The position numbers were made by a program, and so were the translations under genes. 64,000 nucleotides of DNA. Source: a virus (Duplodnaviria > Caudoviricetes). This document shows, in pieces, positions 1 to 9,475 of the stretch. Each line of letters begins with the position of its first letter. Within the stretch, counting starts at the first letter, position 1. Under the pieces are notes generated by a model, which had not been told where the DNA came from, searched no databases, and was given only the letters and a program-made list of their open reading frames with translations. The DNA lies in IMG/VR virus record IMGVR_UViG_3300022661_001261, positions 595 through 64,594 of that record. One strand, 5' to 3'.

Positions 1-1291
1 AGAAAAACGCCCAAAAAGGACTGCGGGATATGTATACGCGACAGACAAAAATCGCTATGCAAGTGCAGGAAAAAGCCTTACAAGCGTTAAAGCAACTCGA
101 CGTTGAGGCGATGTCCCCGAAAGACATCAAGGAATATATCCGAATGGCGACGGAGTTGGAACGCCTCAACAGAACATTGAGCGCAGCCCCGGACGAAAGC
201 GAGAAAGCCGGGAGCGGTAGTCTTGCAGATACCATTATCGCCGCCTATCAAAGACGAAAGGACGGTGAGGGTCAATGAGTTTAAGTCAAGAGGCTATCCT
301 ATATTACTCGGAACACCCCGTCCACTTTGTAGAGGACCTTATCGGAGTAAAGCCGGACGACGCACAGGCGAAAATACTACAAAGCGTGGCGGACAACCCT
401 ATGACATCGGTACGGTCGGGCCACGGTATCGGAAAGAGTGCGGTAGAAGCGTGGGCGATTATATGGTTTATGGCTACAAGACCGTTCCCGAAAATAGCCT
501 GTACTGCACCGACGCAACATCAGTTATTCGATATTCTTTGGGCGGAAGTCAGCAAATGGCTACGAAACGCCCCGCAGCTCGACAAAGAGTTTGTGTGGAC
601 GAAAGAAAAAGTCTACCTCAAAGGCTACCCGGAGGAATGGTTTGCGGTAGCGCGTACAGCGACAAAGCCGGACGCTCTGCAAGGTTTTCACGCCGATAAC
701 ATCTTATATATTATCGACGAGGCGAGCGGCGTAAAAGACATCATATTCGAGCCTGTACTCGGTGCGTTGTCAACGCCCGGAGCAAGACTCCTTATGTGCG
801 GAAACCCGACGCAGCTGTCGGGCTTCTTTTATGAGAGCCATACAAAGAACAGGGCCACATACAAAACATTCCACGTAGACGGCAGAAAGAGCGGACGCGT
901 ATCCCCGGAATTCGTTGAAATGATTATACGAATGTACGGTGAGGACAGCGACGTATTCCGCGTCCGTGTAGCGGGAGAATTCCCAAAGGCGGAGGCAGAC
1001 GTATTTATTCCGATTTCTCTCGTCGAAAAGTCCATAATGACGGAGTTTTCTCCCCGAAAAACCCCGAATACTATACGGATTGGGTGCGACGTTGCTCGTT
1101 TTGGCGACGATAAGACGATAATCGGCTCGAAAGTAGACGAAAAAGCGACACTCGATAAGAAACGCCACGGACAGGACACAATGAAGACAGCAGACGACAT
1201 TGTGTTACTGTACTACGACTTACTAAAAAGATACCCCGGCTACAAAGACTACATCACGGTCTGCGTGGACGACGGAGGCGTGGGCGGCGGC
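1..1291 (+). repeat. Diverged direct repeat, copy 1 (terS 3' end + terL 5' part)
   Basis: Colinear, ungapped match to 62710-64000; 34 mismatches in the first 420 nt counted by eye, mostly synonymous. Confidence 0.95.
30..278 (+). CDS. terS: Terminase small subunit, C-terminal part (5'-truncated by the window)
   Basis: Near-identical to the C-terminus of 62487-62984; ATGA overlap with terL. Confidence 0.85.
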   Translation: MYTRQTKIAMQVQEKALQALKQLDVEAMSPKDIKEYIRMATELERLNRTLSAAPDESEKAGSGSLADTIIAAYQRRKDGEGQ

Positions 1292-1684
1292 GTGGTAGAC
1301 CGCTTACGACAAATCAAGAGAAACAACCCGGATAGGCTCGACCAAATGAATATCGTGCCTGTAAAATTCGGTCAGCGCATAAAACACAAATACTACCACG
1401 ACAGTACAACATTTATGATGGCGACGGTTAAGAAACTGTTATCCCCTCACGACGAAGAAACGGGAGAGGAAAAGCCCGTCGAACTCATACTACCTAACGA
1501 CGACGATTTGATAGCGCAACTTTCGGGAAGAAAATACCACCTCACCGAGAACGCGAAAATCAAAGTCGAGAGCAAGGACGATATGAAGAAACGCGAGTTA
1601 CCGTCCCCGGACGAAGCGGACTGCGTTTTGCTTTTGTGCGTCCCTGTAAAACAACCTAAACGGAAAGGAGAAACAAAGAAATGA
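275..1684 (+). CDS. terL: Terminase large subunit
   Basis: Walker A-like VRSGHGIGKS, Walker B IIDEASG, coupling motif GNPT, nuclease motif IGCDVARFGDD, C-terminal SPDEAD. Confidence 0.96.
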   Translation: MSLSQEAILYYSEHPVHFVEDLIGVKPDDAQAKILQSVADNPMTSVRSGHGIGKSAVEAWAIIWFMATRPFPKIACTAPTQHQLFDILWAEVSKWLRNAPQLDKEFVWTKEKVYLKGYPEEWFAVARTATKPDALQGFHADNILYIIDEASGVKDIIFEPVLGALSTPGARLLMCGNPTQLSGFFYESHTKNRATYKTFHVDGRKSGRVSPEFVEMIIRMYGEDSDVFRVRVAGEFPKAEADVFIPISLVEKSIMTEFSPRKTPNTIRIGCDVARFGDDKTIIGSKVDEKATLDKKRHGQDTMKTADDIVLLYYDLLKRYPGYKDYITVCVDDGGVGGGVVDRLRQIKRNNPDRLDQMNIVPVKFGQRIKHKYYHDSTTFMMATVKKLLSPHDEETGEEKPVELILPNDDDLIAQLSGRKYHLTENAKIKVESKDDMKKRELPSPDEADCVLLLCVPVKQPKRKGETKK

Positions 1685-2154
1685 AGCGACTACTATCAGT
1701 TTTGGTAGCCTTTGCCCTGCTTTTGGCGATTTCAGCGTGTTCCGCGCCTACGGAGGGGAATTATACCTCTGACCCCGAAAGTACGCTCACGGGCGTTTCA
1801 GCGACCGCAGAGCCTACGGAGGAGATTGTGGCGGAGGAATGGGTGAATGTTGACATCGGCGTAGACGAAGACGGATTTTACGGACTCGCAGGACCGGTGG
1901 AACTCACTTATTACGACGGGCAGTTGGTAAGCGTTTATGTAGACGACCCGGCGTTAATGTATTTCGCTGTTTCCTCGACTATGGGCGGAGGCGTTTATAT
2001 TTTCAAAATGCCGGAGGGCAACGCTATTATAGACGAACTCACGACCGTAGCGGAGGAACTAAAAGAAGCGGGACACAGCGACCTCGCCGCAAAAGTGGAC
2101 GCTATTATCGACTCCTTTACAACCGCCGGTCCCATAGAGGGCGCGAGTACATAA
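1681..2154 (+). CDS. Putative lipoprotein inserted between terL and portal
   Basis: Signal peptide MKRLLSVLVAFALLLAISA-C with lipobox; acidic body; ATGA overlap with terL. Confidence 0.75.
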   Translation: MKRLLSVLVAFALLLAISACSAPTEGNYTSDPESTLTGVSATAEPTEEIVAEEWVNVDIGVDEDGFYGLAGPVELTYYDGQLVSVYVDDPALMYFAVSSTMGGGVYIFKMPEGNAIIDELTTVAEELKEAGHSDLAAKVDAIIDSFTTAGPIEGAST

Positions 2155-2167
2155 GGAGGAAAAGAAA

Positions 2168-3721
2168 ATGGCGAAGAAACGACCGGGTATTGCCGCTCAC
2201 ATAATCAAGGCGACAGACCCGAAACCAATCACAAAGTCAGACAAAAGCGAACAAATCGACGCGAGAGAGGAGTTTGCGGCCGCCGAATGGCTAACGCCTC
2301 CCCTCGATATGACAGGGCTTAAAGACCTCGTAACTCACTCGTCGATTTTACCCCAATGTGTCAGAGCCTACAAAAACAATATAGCGGGCTTTGGTATCGG
2401 TATCAGATACAAAGACGACGCAGAGGAAACCCCGGAAATGGCGGCAGAATTTGTCCGCGCAGAGGAACTCATCGAACTACTCACCTTTGAGCAGGACACA
2501 AAAGAGGTGTTCGAGGACCTTGTAGAGGCCCGCGAAACCTACGGTATCGCCTATTTGGAGGTTATAAGAAACATCGCCGGAGAGGTAGTGCAGATTGAAT
2601 TTGTAAAGGACACTCCGACGGTCGAAAAGACCCGCCAATTAGAGCCGTATATCGACACGACATTCTTCTACAAGGGCGCAGAACAGACCCGAAAAAAGAA
2701 ATTCAGAAAATACCGTCAGACCGTCAGCGGACAGACGGTTTATTTCAAAGAATTCGGCGACCCTCGTGTTATGGATAAGAGGAGCGGCGAATATGTGGCG
2801 GAGGGCGAAACCCTCGAACTCGACTACCAAGCAAACGAGATTTTAGAGTTTGCTATCGGCACAACGCCGTATGGCGAGGTGCGGTGGGTAGGTCAGATAC
2901 TCGGCGTAGACGGCAGCCGCAAAGCGGAGAGCCTCAACAATAACTATTTCAGAAACGGCAGACATACGCCGCTGATGATTGTTGTCAAGGGCGGAACGCT
3001 CACAGACGAGTCGTTTACGAAACTCACGGAGTATATGAACGGTATCAAGGGAGAAGCCGGACAACACGCATTTATCGTCCTCGAAACCGAGGCGGTAGAC
3101 AACAAAGCAGGATTTGAAGACGAGGGCAAAGCCGAAATCGAAATCAAGGACCTGGCCTCTATCCTGCAAAAGGACGAACTATTCCAAGAATACCTCGACA
3201 ACAACCGCCGCAGGGTGCAGTCCTCTTTTCAGCTGCCCGACCTTTATGTGGGTTATACAACAGACTTTAACAGAGCGACAGCACAGACGGCGCAGGAGGT
3301 TACGGAAAAGCAAGTATTTCAGCCGGAGAGAAAGAGCCTTGCGTGGGCGATTAACAACCGCCTACTCAACGGGTACAATTTCAAGTATGTTGAGGCTTAT
3401 TTCAAAGAGCCGGACATCAGCAACCCGGACGATATTGCAAAGATATTGAATATCGTAGAGAGGGCCGGCGGACTTACACCTAACAAGGCAAAAGAGGTCG
3501 CCTACACTATCCTCGGCGATAATTTCGAGGAGTTTGAGGGCGAATGGGCGGACATTCCTCTCGCCTATGCCAAACTCTCGCAGACACCCAATATTCCCGA
3601 CCTTACGGCGCAACTTGAAAAGCAGATAGCAAAGGCGGCCGCAGGACAGGACGACGCTGTGGTGGCTGTAATGAAAGAGGTCCGCTCCCTGCTCCTTAAA
3701 ATGAGCAAGGGGGACGAATGA
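2168..3721 (+). CDS. Portal protein (PBSX-like)
   Basis: 517 aa after terL; NNNYFRNGRHTP, DFNRATAQTA and LTPNKAKE portal-type motifs. Confidence 0.9.
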   Translation: MAKKRPGIAAHIIKATDPKPITKSDKSEQIDAREEFAAAEWLTPPLDMTGLKDLVTHSSILPQCVRAYKNNIAGFGIGIRYKDDAEETPEMAAEFVRAEELIELLTFEQDTKEVFEDLVEARETYGIAYLEVIRNIAGEVVQIEFVKDTPTVEKTRQLEPYIDTTFFYKGAEQTRKKKFRKYRQTVSGQTVYFKEFGDPRVMDKRSGEYVAEGETLELDYQANEILEFAIGTTPYGEVRWVGQILGVDGSRKAESLNNNYFRNGRHTPLMIVVKGGTLTDESFTKLTEYMNGIKGEAGQHAFIVLETEAVDNKAGFEDEGKAEIEIKDLASILQKDELFQEYLDNNRRRVQSSFQLPDLYVGYTTDFNRATAQTAQEVTEKQVFQPERKSLAWAINNRLLNGYNFKYVEAYFKEPDISNPDDIAKILNIVERAGGLTPNKAKEVAYTILGDNFEEFEGEWADIPLAYAKLSQTPNIPDLTAQLEKQIAKAAAGQDDAVVAVMKEVRSLLLKMSKGDE

Positions 3722-3722
3722 T

Positions 3723-4682
3723 ATGCACGACTGCAAAAGACTACTCGACGCTGTTGAGCGATACATAGCAAAAGCAGACGACGACCTCGAAGAAATCCTC
3801 GCAGAGGAGGGCTTTGCAGAGCCGGGATTGACGGTAGCAAGGGCCTCCCAAATAGAGGACGCTATAACGGAGGCTTTGGAACAGGAAACAGAATTGTTCA
3901 TTACCTCCGCCGAAACCGCTTTTGACGTAGAGGAATTTGCCGAAAGAATATGGCCCGGAGTCAAACTCGACGACCAAACCGCTGAAAAGATAACGGAGAT
4001 ATTCAAAGAGCAACTCGGAGAATTCCTCCCGGAACTGATAGACCCATACCTCAAACAGACCGACGCAGGGCTTTCGGTATTGTCTGTCAGCAAAAAGACA
4101 ACCGCGTGGATAGAGAGTTGGAGTGAAGAACTCGGCTCTATGATGAAACTCACCTCCCACACGCAGTTGGAGAACATACTCAAAACCAACCTCGACGCAG
4201 GAAACGGCATACAGGACTTTATAACGGACCTCCAAAACAGCGGAATACGCGAGGAGCGATACCGCGCCCGGACGACCGCTATAACGGAGAGCCTACGCGC
4301 CCACAGCGTGGCGCAGGAGGAGTCCATACAGCAATCCCCGGCGGTCGAGGAAAAGGAATGGGTACATACGGGGTCATTCAGAAACGACCCTCGCCCAAAT
4401 CACCAAGCGATAAGCGGTCAAATCGTACCAAAAAACGAGCCGTTTGTGCTTACAGGAGAAGACGGCAGCACATATTATCCACAGTACCCGCGCGACCCTA
4501 TCCTCCCGGCAGGAGAGAGTATCAACTGCCATTGTATACACAGAGGCATTGTTTCAGAGAAAGTCCTCGGACTATCCATCGCAGAGCGGAAACGCTTACA
4601 GGCGGAGGCGATAGCCGAAATGGACGACGCTTGGGAAAAGGAACTCGACGCGAAAAACAAGGCGAAAGCCGGGATTGAATAA
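3723..4682 (+). CDS. Head morphogenesis / minor capsid protein (SPP1 gp7 / Mu gpF-like)
   Basis: RARTTAITE, KEWVHTG...RPNHQAISGQ and ESINCHC motifs; follows portal. Confidence 0.88.
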   Translation: MHDCKRLLDAVERYIAKADDDLEEILAEEGFAEPGLTVARASQIEDAITEALEQETELFITSAETAFDVEEFAERIWPGVKLDDQTAEKITEIFKEQLGEFLPELIDPYLKQTDAGLSVLSVSKKTTAWIESWSEELGSMMKLTSHTQLENILKTNLDAGNGIQDFITDLQNSGIREERYRARTTAITESLRAHSVAQEESIQQSPAVEEKEWVHTGSFRNDPRPNHQAISGQIVPKNEPFVLTGEDGSTYYPQYPRDPILPAGESINCHCIHRGIVSEKVLGLSIAERKRLQAEAIAEMDDAWEKELDAKNKAKAGIE

Positions 4683-4704
4683 ATCCCCTTAACACCCGGA
4701 AAAG

Positions 4705-4727
4705 ACGGCGCACAGCGTCGTTTTTTT
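4705..4727 (+). terminator. Possible intrinsic terminator after the head morphogenesis gene
   Basis: Imperfect GC hairpin gacggcgcacagcgtcg followed by a T7 run. Confidence 0.45.
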
Positions 4728-4786
4728 ATGTCGTCCTTTGGGGCGGCTTATAACCTTATCGCACACTTGAAAGGAGGTGAAAGAGA

Positions 4787-6088
4787 ATGAACAATGTGCA
4801 AAAGGCAATCGCAATTACCGACGCGAAAATATCGTTTGTGTCCCTTGTGGATAAGGCCGCTAATAAAAAGCAGTTTCTTATCACCAAAGCGGAGGACGGA
4901 CAGGCGCAATTCCAAACACACGGCCGTATCGTAAAGACCGACACCGACCGTCATTTTGTTACGGGAATTGTATATGAGCCAATGACCGAGGACGCTCACG
5001 GTAACTTTATGACCGAGGAAGAAATCACCAAAGCCGCCTATTGGTTTGCCAAGAACGGCGACGGCGTAGACCTCCAACACAGTTTTGAGGCGATAGAAAA
5101 ATCGTCCGCAGGAGTGGTGGAGAGTTGGGTCGCAAAGGCTGATTTTGAGTGCGGCGGAGAAACCGTGAAAAAAGGCACTTGGCTTATGACAGTCGAAGTA
5201 ACCGATGATGAGATTTGGGACGCTGTTCAGAAAGGCGAAATCACAGGCTTTTCTATGGGCGGCGTTGGAAAATATGACACGGAGGAAACGGATTTGGATA
5301 ACGTTGAAAAGACCGTCGGTAACGACACACAGACGCAGGAACACAGAGGCATTTTGAAGAAACTCGCCGCTATTTTTGGGTTTGATGTTGTCGAAAAGGG
5401 AGCGATGAAAGACGAATACGAAGCAAGGGCGAAAGCCTCGAACTTTTGGAACGCCTTTTATACTCTCGAAGACTTGCTGTACCGTTACAACTACTCGGAG
5501 GACCGTTGGAGTTTTGAGAGCGACGAAACCACTATCAGAGAGGCTTTGGCGGATTTCAATACGATTATTACGGAAATCCTTGCAGGAGGCGGTATCGCAA
5601 AATCCCTCGCCGTAGAAAAGGCGGGAAAGCAGTTGAGCGCGAAGAACAAAGACACGCTCACAAGTATTTACACCAACCTCGGCGAATTCCTCGCCGGAGT
5701 GGAAACAGAACAGGAGGAAATCGAAATGACAAAATCTGAAATCGAAAAGATTGTTGCAGACGCAGTCGCAAAGGCGGTAGCACCCGCTACTGGCCCCGCA
5801 GACGCTCCTGCAGCAGTCGAAACCCCTGCGGTAGAAACCCCTGCCGCTCCCGAAATCACAGAGGAGAGCGTACAGAAAATGGTTGAGGCCGCAATCGCAA
5901 AGGCTCTTGCTCCTAACGCGGAGGAAAAGCCTCTTTCCCTCGACGATGTGAATGACATCGTTGAAAAGGCAGTAGCAAAGGCTATTGCACCCATTATGAA
6001 GTCCCGCGCACTCCCTACCGCAATCGGTGAGGGCGACGCAGACAACATCACCAAAGGCGAGTCCCATTACCTCGCCGGAATTCTTTAA
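4787..6088 (+). CDS. XkdF-like prohead serine protease with C-terminal scaffold region
   Basis: ISFVSLVDKAAN, VYEPMTEDAHG, VDLQH, ITGFSMGG; Ala/Pro/Glu-rich C-terminus; directly before the capsid gene. Confidence 0.85.
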   Translation: MNNVQKAIAITDAKISFVSLVDKAANKKQFLITKAEDGQAQFQTHGRIVKTDTDRHFVTGIVYEPMTEDAHGNFMTEEEITKAAYWFAKNGDGVDLQHSFEAIEKSSAGVVESWVAKADFECGGETVKKGTWLMTVEVTDDEIWDAVQKGEITGFSMGGVGKYDTEETDLDNVEKTVGNDTQTQEHRGILKKLAAIFGFDVVEKGAMKDEYEARAKASNFWNAFYTLEDLLYRYNYSEDRWSFESDETTIREALADFNTIITEILAGGGIAKSLAVEKAGKQLSAKNKDTLTSIYTNLGEFLAGVETEQEEIEMTKSEIEKIVADAVAKAVAPATGPADAPAAVETPAVETPAAPEITEESVQKMVEAAIAKALAPNAEEKPLSLDDVNDIVEKAVAKAIAPIMKSRALPTAIGEGDADNITKGESHYLAGIL

Positions 6089-6107
6089 TTAACAGGAGGA
6101 AATAACA

Positions 6108-7028
6108 ATGGATAACAGACAGATTGTAAAAGACACCCTCACTACTGCGGGTGTAACAAGCGGCCTGCTCAACCCCGAACAGTCCCGCCGCTTTATTCAG
6201 CAGACTTTCGAGGCTACTCCTTTGCAGGGCCTCATTCGCCACGAAATGCGCAGAGCGCGTACAGGCGAAATCGACAAAATCGGTATCGCTTCTCGTATTC
6301 TTCGTAAGAAGACCGAGAACAACGACGACGGCTACCGCGCAAAGCCTAACTTTGCGTCCGTCCCTTATGCGTGTACTCCCGTAAGACTTCCTTGGGAAAT
6401 CACCGAGGAAACTCTCCGCGAGAACATTGAGGGACAGAGCCTCGAAACCACTATCACCAACCTTATGACCGCGCAGCTCGGTGTTGATATGGAGGACCTT
6501 TACCTCAACGGCGACACCGAAATCGGTGCTGACGACCCCGACCACGACTTCCTTTATGTGAACGACGGTTGGTTGAAGCAGATTAAGGCCGGCGGCCACG
6601 TTTACGACGCAGCTGCAAAGAACGCGGGTGCTATGACCCTCGATACTTTCTACGGTTGCCTTTCTGCAATTCCTAACAAGTACAACAACGGCAAACTCCG
6701 TTGGTTGATGAGTCCTCGCAGAGCGCAGGAGTGGGAATTGTTCTTAATGAACAAGGTTATCGACGCGGGCGGTGCTGTGCCGGAGGGTGTTTACAACGCT
6801 CCTGCTCGTATTCCTACCGTGGAAGTACCCGCTATGCCTGACGACTGCGTAATTCTCGCAGACCCTAAAAACCTTATCGGTGTAAACTCTTACAACGTGG
6901 TTATCAGAAAGACCACCGAGGGCGAAAAGGCAATTATGATGGATAAGCGTTTCTATGTCGTTCACCTCGACGTTGACGCTATCATCGAGGAAATCGACGC
7001 AACCGGCATTATTACCGGCTTGAAGTAA
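6108..7028 (+). CDS. Major capsid protein
   Basis: 306 aa, GLLNPEQSRRFI N-terminus, strongly biased (high-expression) codons, follows protease. Confidence 0.9.
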   Translation: MDNRQIVKDTLTTAGVTSGLLNPEQSRRFIQQTFEATPLQGLIRHEMRRARTGEIDKIGIASRILRKKTENNDDGYRAKPNFASVPYACTPVRLPWEITEETLRENIEGQSLETTITNLMTAQLGVDMEDLYLNGDTEIGADDPDHDFLYVNDGWLKQIKAGGHVYDAAAKNAGAMTLDTFYGCLSAIPNKYNNGKLRWLMSPRRAQEWELFLMNKVIDAGGAVPEGVYNAPARIPTVEVPAMPDDCVILADPKNLIGVNSYNVVIRKTTEGEKAIMMDKRFYVVHLDVDAIIEEIDATGIITGLK

Positions 7029-7043
7029 TAAGGAGGAGCGACT

Positions 7044-7379
7044 ATGTACCGTGTAAAACTCATTAAAGGCCGCTCTTACACGGGCGCAATCCGCGCCACG
7101 CAGGAACAGCCTTTCGTAGATGTTGAAGACAAGGCTATCGCCGAGGCAGCCGTAGCAACGGGTTATTTTGAACTCGTTGAAGCGGAGGGCGACGACGATA
7201 ACGGCTCTGCCGACATTTCCAAAATGACCGTACCGCAGTTGGAGCAGTACGCAAAGGACAATAACATTGACCTCGGCGGTGCTACCAAGAAAGCGGACAT
7301 CATCAAGGCTATCGAAGCCGCACAGTCCGAGGGCGACGACGATAACGGCTCTGCCGATTTCGGCGAAGACGATGAGTAA
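7044..7379 (+). CDS. Small head-associated protein with Rho-N/HeH-like domain
   Basis: MTVPQLEQYAKDNNIDLGGATKKADIIKAI motif; position after capsid gene. Confidence 0.65.
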   Translation: MYRVKLIKGRSYTGAIRATQEQPFVDVEDKAIAEAAVATGYFELVEAEGDDDNGSADISKMTVPQLEQYAKDNNIDLGGATKKADIIKAIEAAQSEGDDDNGSADFGEDDE

Positions 7380-7397
7380 TGAAACGGAGGCGATATT

Positions 7398-7784
7398 ATG
7401 GTGAAAAGACCGTGGGTAACCCCGCAGGAAGTCAAAGACTATACCGAATATCCCTCCGTTAAATCCCGTACAGACGCACGACTCGCCGTAGATATTGCGA
7501 GAGCGGAGCAATATGTTATAGCGTTTACAAACAATAAGTTTGAAGATGTTGAGGAGATACCGCAGGGCGTAAAAACCGCCGTTATTCTTGTAGCGGAGGC
7601 ATACGCCTTTAACGCTTGTATCGCCGCAAGGGAAATGAAGTCGGAGCAATTCGACGACTACTCCTACACGGCCGCAGACACGACGGCAATCGACATTGAC
7701 GCGCTTGACATCGCTCCTCTGCTCGAAGAATTTACGGTAGAGGCAACCCGGAACGGCATAACTCTGCGTATGCGGAAACTGTAA
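7398..7784 (+). CDS. Head-tail adaptor (YqbG-like)
   Basis: PWVTPQEVKDYT and KSEQFDDYSYT; position. Confidence 0.7.
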   Translation: MVKRPWVTPQEVKDYTEYPSVKSRTDARLAVDIARAEQYVIAFTNNKFEDVEEIPQGVKTAVILVAEAYAFNACIAAREMKSEQFDDYSYTAADTTAIDIDALDIAPLLEEFTVEATRNGITLRMRKL

Positions 7785-7798
7785 AGGAGGGACCGGCT

Positions 7799-8173
7799 AT
7801 GAGCATAGAGGCGTTTTTCGACCATAAATGCGACATATACCACCTCGTAAAAGAGGAGAAAAGCCCCGGCTACAATCTCCCCTCCGCCCCCTCCTCTGCT
7901 ACATACCCCCAAGAAGCGGACGAAAGTGGCGTAGAATGCCATTTTACAATCCGCGTAGGAAATAATACCTCTATGGTACAAAACGAGCCACACAACGATT
8001 TTTCGGCACGGACAAAGCTGAATATCCCGGTCGATACTGACATCAGAATAAACGACAAGGTCGTAGAACACGACACAGGGCTTTCGTACACCGTGGTAAC
8101 GCCTCCCCGAAACATACGGGGACATCACAAAATCTGTTATGTGGAGCGGACGCAGGAGCAGAAACCGCTTTGA
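7799..8173 (+). CDS. Head closure protein (XkdH/YqbH-like)
   Basis: FFDHKCDIYH N-terminus, DIRINDKV; position. Confidence 0.65.
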   Translation: MSIEAFFDHKCDIYHLVKEEKSPGYNLPSAPSSATYPQEADESGVECHFTIRVGNNTSMVQNEPHNDFSARTKLNIPVDTDIRINDKVVEHDTGLSYTVVTPPRNIRGHHKICYVERTQEQKPL

Positions 8174-8682
8174 GTAAGTATGTAGAAGTAGACACCTCTG
8201 CGATGAGTGGATTTCTCGACAATCTCGAAAGAGCGGCGCGAGGAGGCTTTCGCAAGGAAATGGAACTGTTTTTAGAGGGGCTTGGCGTAGAGTTTTTGCG
8301 TTTGGTTGAGGACGAAATCATACGGCGCAAAGTGCTTGACACTCGCCTGTTGCTCGCAAGTTTCCATAAAGGGGACGGCAACAATGTATGGGACATTTCG
8401 GACGGAGGCCTCACGCTTGAAGTAGGCAGTTCACTTGAATACGCAGGATATGTCAACGACGGGCATTGGACGAACTCAAAGGGCGTTCAGAGGCGGTTTG
8501 TCCCCGGTTATTGGGAGGGCGACCGCTTTATTTATGACCCGTCGGCGGACGGAGGTATGGTATTAACGCAGAAATGGGTCGAGGGCAAACACTATTGGGA
8601 CTCGGCCTTGCGAATACTCGAAAAGATATACCCCGAATTACTTGACAAAAAACTGCAGGAGTGGCTCGACAACTACTTTTAG
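8170..8682 (+). CDS. HK97 gp10-like tail component
   Basis: VLDTRLL..SF, EVGSSLEYAGYVNDGH, VEGKHY motifs; TTG start. Confidence 0.75.
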   Translation: MSKYVEVDTSAMSGFLDNLERAARGGFRKEMELFLEGLGVEFLRLVEDEIIRRKVLDTRLLLASFHKGDGNNVWDISDGGLTLEVGSSLEYAGYVNDGHWTNSKGVQRRFVPGYWEGDRFIYDPSADGGMVLTQKWVEGKHYWDSALRILEKIYPELLDKKLQEWLDNYF

Positions 8683-8702
8683 CGAAGAAATGAGGTGTAA
8701 CA

Positions 8703-9245
8703 ATGCTTGAACAAGAAGTAGCAAGTATTATCAAATTCACCCTCGATAGCGCGGGACACCCCGCCCCGTACTATAACGAGGTTAAGGAGAATTTCGCCGT
8801 TCCGTCAATCTATTTTCCCTCCCCGGAGATAGACACGGGCGGCGAAACATTCTCCACGTATCGCCTTGGGTACAGTTGGTTTGTAAAGGTTTTCCACAAA
8901 ACCACGGAGGACGCATACGCTATGGCGTTAAAAGTCCTACTCGCAATAAAGGGCGCGAGGAACTGCGTACCGCTTATTGCAACCGACGGCCAAAACACAG
9001 GCGAATTACTGCGTATCAAAGACCCGGCAATCAAGAAATTGGATAGCGGAGTTTACCAAATCGAATTTGGGTGGGACAGCCGCAGACCATACAACGACCC
9101 GGAATATTTGTTAGTGCAGGACTATCATATCAAAGGTTGGAGCGACGCGGAGGCTTACCTCGAAAAGGAAATCACCGAACAGACCGTACAGCAAGTACGG
9201 GACCTTTTGGGGGACACCGACGACAACGCGCAGCCTACAACATAA
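8703..9245 (+). CDS. Putative tail terminator
   Basis: Position before sheath; RBS gaggtg; no further motif recognised. Confidence 0.55.
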   Translation: MLEQEVASIIKFTLDSAGHPAPYYNEVKENFAVPSIYFPSPEIDTGGETFSTYRLGYSWFVKVFHKTTEDAYAMALKVLLAIKGARNCVPLIATDGQNTGELLRIKDPAIKKLDSGVYQIEFGWDSRRPYNDPEYLLVQDYHIKGWSDAEAYLEKEITEQTVQQVRDLLGDTDDNAQPTT

Positions 9246-9260
9246 GGAGGAAATATCTCT

Positions 9261-9473
9261 ATGGCAAAGGAAAAGATTGCGGTAGAAAATACCGAGGAAA
9301 TCACCAAATATCCCATTGAGAAACTCCGTTATAACTGCTTTGCGTTGTTCGGTGTAACGACAAGCACTTTCGACGGAGCGACACTTGGGTACAACGGAGA
9401 ATACTCCGTAGACGAAATCAAAAAGGCCATTGATAAATGGCAGAAAACAACCGTAAAAAAGGAGGCTAACTAA
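9261..9473 (+). CDS. Small hypothetical tail-region protein
   Basis: Strong aggagg RBS; fills the gap before sheath. Confidence 0.6.
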   Translation: MAKEKIAVENTEEITKYPIEKLRYNCFALFGVTTSTFDGATLGYNGEYSVDEIKKAIDKWQKTTVKKEAN

Positions 9474-9475
9474 CT

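Noticed and set aside
4748-6067. 439-aa minus-strand ORF, and similar long antisense ORFs (3362-4327, 6744-7649, 10160-10963, 25360-26289, 42433-43200)
   Set aside because: Shadows of well-supported plus-strand genes with biased codon use; no RBS or recognisable motifs
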